From assembly GCA_001771135.1 (NCBI GenBank), contig MESW01000006.1, positions 4,870 to 68,869 on the forward strand: a stretch of DNA of 64,000 bases, written 5' to 3'. This DNA comes from a candidate division CPR3 bacterium GWF2_35_18 (lineage in GTDB: Bacteria > Patescibacteriota > CPR3 > GWF2-35-18). Under the pieces are notes generated by a model. It had not been told where the DNA came from. It searched no databases and worked only from the letters and a program-made list of their open reading frames with translations. Numbering within the stretch: position 1 is the first letter of the stretch; each line of letters begins with the position of its first letter. The position numbers and the translations under genes are program-made. Of this stretch, positions 57,931 to 64,000 are shown piece after piece.

Positions 57931-59283
57931 TTATTCTCGATAAAGTAAGGATAGAGAAATAAAAACAGAAAATATTAAATTCCCTTGAAACAAAGAGTAA
58001 AAGTAATGATCCCAAAATGAAGCAATTATAAAAAGAATACAAAAAATTATTAAAAATAGTCGGAAAAAGTTTTTTTCTTTATCAATAAATAAATCTATTT
58101 GAAGAAATAAACCAAACAATAAAATAAAAAGAAATAATATAAAAACAATAATTCCATTTTCAGAAAGAAATAAAAGATAAAAATTATGAACAGGTTGAAC
58201 AAAAGAATAAAGATTTGAAAAATCATCTGAATTAAACTGAAAAAGAAAGCGATTTAAACCAACACCTTTAATTATATTTTTCTCAATTGAACGAATTGCA
58301 ATTTCATTTAAAAAATATCTTCTTTCTAAACTAGAATAGTCAGATAAAAGCAATGAGTTTGTTCTAATGATAAATAAAGGGGATATCATTAAAATAATTA
58401 TAATTATAAATACAGCGAAAAGCTTGTTCTTACTTTTTAAACGAGTTTCAAGTTTATCCCTATGGATGAAAGAAAGATAAATAGAGGAGATTATAATATT
58501 TATAAAAAATAATAGGTAGCCGATTTTACTAAAAAGCAAGGCAATAGCAAGGGTGTTAATTAAAAAAATAAAGAGGTATCTTTTTTGTCTTTTTATAAAT
58601 AATAAATATATATTTAAAGAACTAATTAAAGATACATAGAAGGCTATAATGTTTGGGTGGGGAAAAGTTGCCCCTGGCCTTATAATATTAAAACCGTTTA
58701 AATAGAATGTGGCTAGTCCAGAAGTATTAGAATTAAAATCCCATTCTCCTAAAAATTTAAAACCTAATGATTGTTGTAATATAAATTCTCCAATTACAAT
58801 TAAAGAAATAAGTAAAGAAGATAGACTAAAAATAATCGTGATTTTTTTAACATCTAAAAAATTTTTCTTTTGAATTAAAATCGAAACAATTAAAAATATA
58901 TATTCTATGACTCGTAAATATTTAATAATAAAGATTTTATCTTTTAAATACTGATGGTTAAAAAATAAAAGAAGGGGAATAAATAATAAAAACATAAGCG
59001 ATATTATTTTTTGATATTTAGAGATAACTTTAGAGTTTCTTTTTTTTAGAAAAGATATTAAGCTAAATAGGATGAATATTATAATTAAAAAGTCTTGGAT
59101 ATAAATTGTTGGTAAAAAATAATCAATAATTTTTCCGTTTAGAATTGATTCTGAAATAAAAAAATGCTTACTGGTTTTAAATGGAATTAAAAATAATAAA
59201 ATATAGAATGTTAAAGTTTTAATTTTTTCCACATTAAAAATTTTCTTAATCCATTTTTTTAAATATAAATAATTAGTAATCAT
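57931..59283 (-). CDS. O-antigen ligase / O-oligosaccharyltransferase family protein
   Basis: Many TM helices; R..ATFPHPN, S...R, GVGLN.F, QPVHN.YLL...E.G, DHY. Confidence 0.85.
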   Translation of the reverse strand: MITNYLYLKKWIKKIFNVEKIKTLTFYILLFLIPFKTSKHFFISESILNGKIIDYFLPTIYIQDFLIIIFILFSLISFLKKRNSKVISKYQKIISLMFLLFIPLLLFFNHQYLKDKIFIIKYLRVIEYIFLIVSILIQKKNFLDVKKITIIFSLSSLLISLIVIGEFILQQSLGFKFLGEWDFNSNTSGLATFYLNGFNIIRPGATFPHPNIIAFYVSLISSLNIYLLFIKRQKRYLFIFLINTLAIALLFSKIGYLLFFINIIISSIYLSFIHRDKLETRLKSKNKLFAVFIIIIILMISPLFIIRTNSLLLSDYSSLERRYFLNEIAIRSIEKNIIKGVGLNRFLFQFNSDDFSNLYSFVQPVHNFYLLFLSENGIIVFILFLFILLFGLFLQIDLFIDKEKNFFRLFLIIFCILFIIASFWDHYFYSLFQGNLIFSVFISLSLLYRE

Positions 59284-59511
59284 AATTATAATGACTAGGG
59301 ATATGTGTAGTACTTAGTAAAAAGTTGATTGTAATAACCATTATTCCGTATTATTTAATGTTGATAACTTTTAAGTTTATGTAATCAAATTTGTAGTCAA
59401 AAATATTGATATAAAGCCATAATTATCTGTGCATAAATTCAGTAAAATGTGAATAAAATTGTGGATAATTTCTGGATAACATTTTATACAAATAAACTAC
59501 AAAAACCCTCT
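59284..59511. other. oriC region downstream of dnaA (DnaA-box cluster plus AT-rich tract)
   Basis: TGTTGATAA 59359, TGTGCATAA 59428, TGTGAATAA 59448, TGTGGATAA 59460 (perfect), TCTGGATAA 59471, TTATACAAA 59484. Majority gene orientation switches near here. Confidence 0.8.
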
Positions 59512-60855
59512 TTAATTAAAAAGGATTTTCTTTAAAGATATAATTTCATGATACTTATTTGAATTTATGTCTTTAACCTCATTTTCTGTTTTTTCAATTG
59601 AGTACATTATTGTGGTATGATCCCGATGTCCTAAATATTCTCCGATTTGAGTAAGGGGCATATTAACCTCTTTTCTTAGTAAATACGCAAGGGTTTGTCT
59701 AGGAACAACAAAATTTGCTTTTCGACTTTTCCCTTTAAGATCTTTAATTGTAATTCCATAAAATTCTGAGACAGTGGTTGTAATTACTTCAGGGGTTATT
59801 CTTTTTTGGTTTTTTTCCACTCTTTTTCCTAGTAATTTTTGAGCATCTTCAATCGTAACCTCTTTTCTTTGAAAAAGAGCGATTGTTGTAAGTTGACTCA
59901 AAACACCCTCAAGCTTGCGAACATTTTCAGTAACATTTTCAGCAATATATTGGACAACAACCTGATTGAGATGAATATTTTTCTCTTCACATTTAGCGTT
60001 TAAAATTGCCATTCGAGTTTCATAGTCTGGGGGTTGAACATCAACAGTTAGTCCTCCTTCAAAACGGGAAACAAGTCTCTCTTCCAGTTTATTTATTTCG
60101 CGAGGGGGTTTATCTGAAGTTAAAATGATCTGCTTATTTTCACTATAAAGAGTGTTAAAGGTGTGAAAAAACTCTTCCTGTGAAGCCTCTTTTCCTGCAA
60201 AAAACTGAATATCATCAATTATTAAAACATCTGCCTGTCGGTATTTTTCTCTAAAGACACTGGTTTGATTTTTTTGGATCGCAATAATAAGTTCGTTAGT
60301 AAATTTTTCTGAGGATAAATAGAATATTTTTTTCTGGGGATCATTTTTTAAAATCTCATTTCCAATTGAGCATATTAGATGGGTTTTTCCAAGTCCAACC
60401 CCACCATAAATAAAAAATGGATTATAAACACGACCTGGATTTTCGGTAATTGCTTTTGCTGCAGCTACTGCTAAATTGTTTGAAGGGCCAATAACAAAAG
60501 TAGAGAAAAAGTATTTTTGGTTTATCAGAGGTTTTTCTTTATAGAGAAAATTAGAAGGTTCATAGGTATTGTTGAAAAAAGGTGTTTTTACCTGAGTTTG
60601 TTTTATTTCCTCTTTGACTTCAAGTAAAACATGAAGATCTTTTTCAAATGAGGTAATACAAACATCCTCTAAGATTTCGAGGTAATTATTTTTTTCCAAA
60701 ACTTCTTTAGTGTAGTGATTTGGACAGTAAATGTAAACATTTGAATTTACAATCTCTTTTAAACGTAAATCTTTAAACCAGGTTTTATAAATAGCTGGAG
60801 AGATGCTTATCTTGAGATCAGAAAGTATCTTTTGCCAGATCTTTTGTGTGTTCAT
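59512..60855 (-). CDS. dnaA: Chromosomal replication initiator
   Basis: YNP.FIYGGVGLGKTHL, IDDIQF, QEEFFHTFN, RL.SRF..GL, RDHTT. Confidence 0.99.
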   Translation of the reverse strand: MNTQKIWQKILSDLKISISPAIYKTWFKDLRLKEIVNSNVYIYCPNHYTKEVLEKNNYLEILEDVCITSFEKDLHVLLEVKEEIKQTQVKTPFFNNTYEPSNFLYKEKPLINQKYFFSTFVIGPSNNLAVAAAKAITENPGRVYNPFFIYGGVGLGKTHLICSIGNEILKNDPQKKIFYLSSEKFTNELIIAIQKNQTSVFREKYRQADVLIIDDIQFFAGKEASQEEFFHTFNTLYSENKQIILTSDKPPREINKLEERLVSRFEGGLTVDVQPPDYETRMAILNAKCEEKNIHLNQVVVQYIAENVTENVRKLEGVLSQLTTIALFQRKEVTIEDAQKLLGKRVEKNQKRITPEVITTTVSEFYGITIKDLKGKSRKANFVVPRQTLAYLLRKEVNMPLTQIGEYLGHRDHTTIMYSIEKTENEVKDINSNKYHEIISLKKILFN

Positions 60856-60939
60856 GTTTACAAAAAATATTAATGAAGGATAAATTTAGTATATATTGGT
60901 AAAGATATTTGTAGAGGCAGTAATTAGAAATTTTTATTG

Positions 60940-60969
60940 TGTGGAAAAATATATCACACCTGTGGATAA
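60940..60969. promoter_or_regulatory. DnaA boxes upstream of dnaA
   Basis: TGTGGAAAA 60940 and perfect TGTGGATAA 60961. Confidence 0.7.
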
Positions 60970-61089
60970 CTAACAAGATATAAAAACAGTAATCAGATAA
61001 AATATTAAGATATCAACCATAATAAGGGTCTTGAATAAAAAAATTGTTATCAGTAATTTCATTAATTGTATTTCTGGAAATAGGTTCTT

Positions 61090-61119
61090 TTGACAATCAA
61101 GATGAAGGTTTGGTATATT
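61090..61119 (+). promoter_or_regulatory. Sigma-70 promoter of the rpmH operon
   Basis: TTGACA-18nt-TATATT with extended TG. Confidence 0.65.
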
Positions 61120-61224
61120 AGAGCAGCAAAAAACTTATTTATTCAACTAATTTAAGAATAAAAATAGAGCTCATATAAAGAAAAAGAACCAAATTTTTAC
61201 ACATATAAGATTTTAAGGAAAATT

Positions 61225-61362
61225 ATGACGAAAAGAACTTACCAACCAAAAAAGAAAAAAAGACAGACTACACACGGTTTCCGTTCTCGAATGGCTTCTT
61301 CTACAGGTAAAAATGTTTTAAAAAGAAGAAGATTAAAAAAAAGAAAATCACTAACCGTTTAA
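61225..61362 (+). CDS. rpmH: 50S ribosomal protein L34 (absent from ORF track)
   Basis: [45 protein letters not shown]. Confidence 0.97.
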   Translation: MTKRTYQPKKKKRQTTHGFRSRMASSTGKNVLKRRRLKKRKSLTV

Positions 61363-61453
61363 TATACCCGAATTCACCTAAATTGCAATTTAAAATGGCG
61401 GTAATTCAGGTCTACTTAACTACATTTTTGCAAAACTATGGAAGTTGAGTATA
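61363..61453. repeat. About 92-bp TATAC..GTATA double-hairpin element, copy B
   Basis: See 35537..35629. Its first 23 nt also match 22610..22632 at 21/23. Confidence 0.6.
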
Positions 61454-61570
61454 TTAAGATTTTGTTTGTTATTTAGGGAAGCTTATTTCTGATAGTAATC
61501 TAACTTCCTCTTTAATCTTAATTTTTGGTATAGCGAGGCTGTTCTTTAGTTATTAATAAAACTTTAGTAT

Positions 61571-61924
61571 ATGTATCCTTATCAAAATAGGGTAGTTAGT
61601 GAAAAAGATTTTTATTTTGTTAGAAACAAAGGTAAGCGTTTTCACTGTTCATTTTTTTCAATTTTTTTAATAGAAAATCCTTCTTTTAAAATAAATAAAA
61701 TTGGTTTCATTGTTTCTAATAAAGAAGGAAAGGCCGTTTTTAGAAACCGGATTAAACGCAAACTGCGAGATTTATTTTACTCATGGCTGAATATTGAAAA
61801 TAGATTTATGATGGTAGTTATTGGAAGAGAAAAATGTTTAAAAGCTTCCACTCAGGATTTGTTGATGTTTAAAGATAAAGCCGAAAAATATTTTGAGTTC
61901 AAAAAAATAAAAGAGACAGCGTGA
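61571..61924 (+). CDS. rnpA: Ribonuclease P protein component
   Basis: F..V...[22 protein letters not shown]. Confidence 0.92.
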   Translation: MYPYQNRVVSEKDFYFVRNKGKRFHCSFFSIFLIENPSFKINKIGFIVSNKEGKAVFRNRIKRKLRDLFYSWLNIENRFMMVVIGREKCLKASTQDLLMFKDKAEKYFEFKKIKETA

Positions 61925-62169
61925 AAAAAATCATTATTAAATTAATTAAACTTTATCAGGAATATTTATCTCTAGATCAAGGATTTTTACGGAATTTAGT
62001 TCTTGGGAAGAATTCTCAGATTGTCATTTGTCGGTATCAACCTACCTGTTCCGATTATACCTATCAGGCGGTTGAAAAGTATGGTGTTATTAAAGGTTTA
62101 TTTTTAGGTTCTAAAAGGGTGCTTAGATGTCATCCGCTTGCCAAAGGAGGCTATGATCCACTTCCATGA
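61921..62169 (+). CDS. yidD: Membrane protein insertion efficiency factor
   Basis: CRY.PTCS.Y...A..KYG..KG..LG..R.LRCHP...GGYDP.P. Confidence 0.95.
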   Translation: MKKIIIKLIKLYQEYLSLDQGFLRNLVLGKNSQIVICRYQPTCSDYTYQAVEKYGVIKGLFLGSKRVLRCHPLAKGGYDPLP

Positions 62170-62882
62170 GTAATTTTTTTCATACTATATTTTATGTTCC
62201 AATAGAAACGTCGTTAATGTTTTTTTACCACTTAACTGGCGATAATTTAGGATATGCCGTTATTTTACTGACAATCACCATTCGTTTAATTTTAATTCCA
62301 CTTACAATACCATCACTTCGTTCTGCTCAAAAAATGCAGGTGATTAAACCGGAACTTGATGAACTTAAAAGAAGACATGGAAAAGATCCCCAAAGAATGC
62401 AAAAAGAGCAGCTGGATCTTTACAAAAAACACGGAATTAATCCCGCAACCGGTTGCTTACCGATTTTACTACAACTGCCAATTTTAATTTTTCTTTATAA
62501 TGTTTTAACCAACGTTTTAAAAAGCGACGTTGTAAATCCGATGTTTTTTATTTTTAATCTTAGAGAACCAGATCAGTATTTTATTCTTCCTGTTCTGGCT
62601 GCTGTGTCTCAATTTATTCTTTCTTTTATGATGTCTCCAGTTCCTGGAAAAAAAGATGTTCAAAAAGAGAAAAAGGAAGCGGATTTTGCCGATTCTCTTA
62701 CTGGAGCGTTGCAAACCCAGAATTTATATGTGATGCCCTTGCTTTGGTTTTTTATGCTTTTAAAGCTTCCTTCCGGAATTGGTATTTATTGGGTGTTTTC
62801 AACAATTTTCAGTTTTGTACAACAATGGATTTTTATTGGTCCAGGAAGACTGACCACAATTTTTAACCGAAAAAAATCTTAA
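62166..62882 (+). CDS. yidC: Membrane protein insertase YidC/Oxa1/SpoIIIJ
   Basis: G.A.ILLT..IR..L.PL, MQ...PE...L, LYK.HG.NP..GCLP.L.Q.P, PSG..IYW. Confidence 0.95.
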   Translation: MSNFFHTIFYVPIETSLMFFYHLTGDNLGYAVILLTITIRLILIPLTIPSLRSAQKMQVIKPELDELKRRHGKDPQRMQKEQLDLYKKHGINPATGCLPILLQLPILIFLYNVLTNVLKSDVVNPMFFIFNLREPDQYFILPVLAAVSQFILSFMMSPVPGKKDVQKEKKEADFADSLTGALQTQNLYVMPLLWFFMLLKLPSGIGIYWVFSTIFSFVQQWIFIGPGRLTTIFNRKKS

Positions 62883-62897
62883 TTAAAGGAGTTTTTT

Positions 62898-63401
62898 ATG
62901 GATAATACTGAAGCTTTTCTACAGGAATTAACCGAAAAGGTTGTTTCCCTTTTTGGTTTTACCAAAGAGAGTTTTTCAATTTCAAAAGGTGAGGAAGATA
63001 ATTTTAACATTACAATTCAAGAAAGCGAAGACTCTGGGTTCTTGATTGGTTATCATGGTAAAACGTTAGAAGCGATTCAATTTATTCTAACCTTAATACT
63101 GTTTTATAAAAATGATAAATGGCAAAGAGTTTCTTTAGAAGTGGGGGATTATAAAAAGAAAAAGATTGTATATCTTGAAAGTTTGGCGGAAAAAGCCATT
63201 GAAAAAGCTAAATTTTTAAAAGAAACAGTTTCTCTGTCTCCAATGACTCCTGCTGAAAGAAGAATTGTACATCTTTATCTTAAAAGTCGAAATGATATTT
63301 CTTCCTCTTCCGAAGGGGAAGGTTTTGATCGACATATAGTCATCTCTCCCAAAAAAGAGAATGAAGAACTTTTATCAGAAGAAACAATAGCATCAAACTA
63401 A
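62898..63401 (+). CDS. jag: Jag/EloR (KhpB) RNA-binding protein, KH plus R3H
   Basis: LIG.HGKTL.A.Q, L.PM...ERRIVH, S.GEG..R...I. Confidence 0.9.
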   Translation: MDNTEAFLQELTEKVVSLFGFTKESFSISKGEEDNFNITIQESEDSGFLIGYHGKTLEAIQFILTLILFYKNDKWQRVSLEVGDYKKKKIVYLESLAEKAIEKAKFLKETVSLSPMTPAERRIVHLYLKSRNDISSSSEGEGFDRHIVISPKKENEELLSEETIASN

Positions 63402-63413
63402 AAAGGGAGGATT

Positions 63414-64000
63414 ATGAAAGTCCAAGTATTACAAGATTCTCTAAGTAAAGCTTTATCCCTAGCTTCTCACGTGGTTTCAAGCAAACCAAACTTGCCAATT
63501 TTGGGAAATATTTATTTAGAAGCCGAAAAAGACAAACTGATTATTTCAGGAACAGACCTAGATGTTGGAATAAAGCTATCGATTAAAGCTGAAGTTTCGG
63601 AATCGGGTTCAATTGCAGTTCCATCTAGACTGTTTGTGGATTTTATCTCCTCAATTACCTCAGGGAAAATTAGTCTTGAAACTGAAGGTTTGGTTTTAAA
63701 GGTTCAAAGTGGAATATATAGTTCGAGCTTCAACTGTCTAGATGGAGATGAATTTCCTGCTTTTCCGGAAAAGGGTAAAGAAATAGAAGTGGATTTTGAG
63801 TCAAAGACTTTTAAAGAGGCTTTAGGCAAGATTCTTTTTTCCGCTTCAACCGATCTTTCCCGGCAAGTTTTGACTGGAGTTTTATTTGAATTTCAAAAGA
63901 AGCAGGTTACGCTAGTCACCACTGACGGATTTCGATTATCTTCATACCTATTAGTCGGAGATTATGATAAAATCGACAATTTTATTATTCCAGCCCGGGG
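63414..64000 (+). CDS. dnaN: DNA polymerase III beta sliding clamp (runs off the right edge; absent from ORF track)
   Basis: RBS GGGAGG; MKVQVLQDSLSKAL..KPNLPILGNI.L....GTDLDVGI..EFP..SRQVLTGV..VTTDGFRLS. Confidence 0.93.
   Translation, partial: MKVQVLQDSLSKALSLASHVVSSKPNLPILGNIYLEAEKDKLIISGTDLDVGIKLSIKAEVSESGSIAVPSRLFVDFISSITSGKISLETEGLVLKVQSGIYSSSFNCLDGDEFPAFPEKGKEIEVDFESKTFKEALGKILFSASTDLSRQVLTGVLFEFQKKQVTLVTTDGFRLSSYLLVGDYDKIDNFIIPAR

Noticed and set aside
59300-59345. DnaA-trio unwinding element
   Set aside because: TAG-like triplets are present but not in a clean periodic run, so it cannot be called by eye.

Overview
This is AT-rich chromosome of a small-genome bacterium, most likely Patescibacteria (CPR). 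That call rests on the gene content (VirB2-like pilins, DUF4012, PP2C/beta-propeller and PH-domain membrane proteins, long tmRNA tag); the genetic code is standard code 11. The window spans the replication origin: dnaA flanked by DnaA boxes, rpmH-rnpA-yidD-yidC-jag, then a displaced dnaN. Left to right it holds: (1) the end of a decayed island at tRNA-Asn, carrying a LasA-type M23A staphylolysin precursor and a chaperone-tipped fibre protein; (2) dnaG-rpoD and other housekeeping genes; (3) five more tRNAs, including Arg(GCG), with tRNA-derived repeat units, and a tandem-GGDEF protein; (4) comF, a GIY-YIG nuclease with a palindromic repeat, and a two-gene Shedu-like islet at the tmRNA 3' end; (5) ssrA and smpB, with smpB bracketed by 177-bp structured direct repeats; (6) a lipid-linked glycosylation operon, divergent from a 17.6-kb plus-strand locus of three pilins, a protein O-mannosyltransferase, a giant VirB6-like protein, a protein sharing motifs with the VirB6 tail, a giant Cys-rich double-M23 protein and a lysozyme-like protein. 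This last locus is the best candidate for an undescribed host-attachment and wall-breaching system. All family assignments come from motif recognition by eye; no searches were run.
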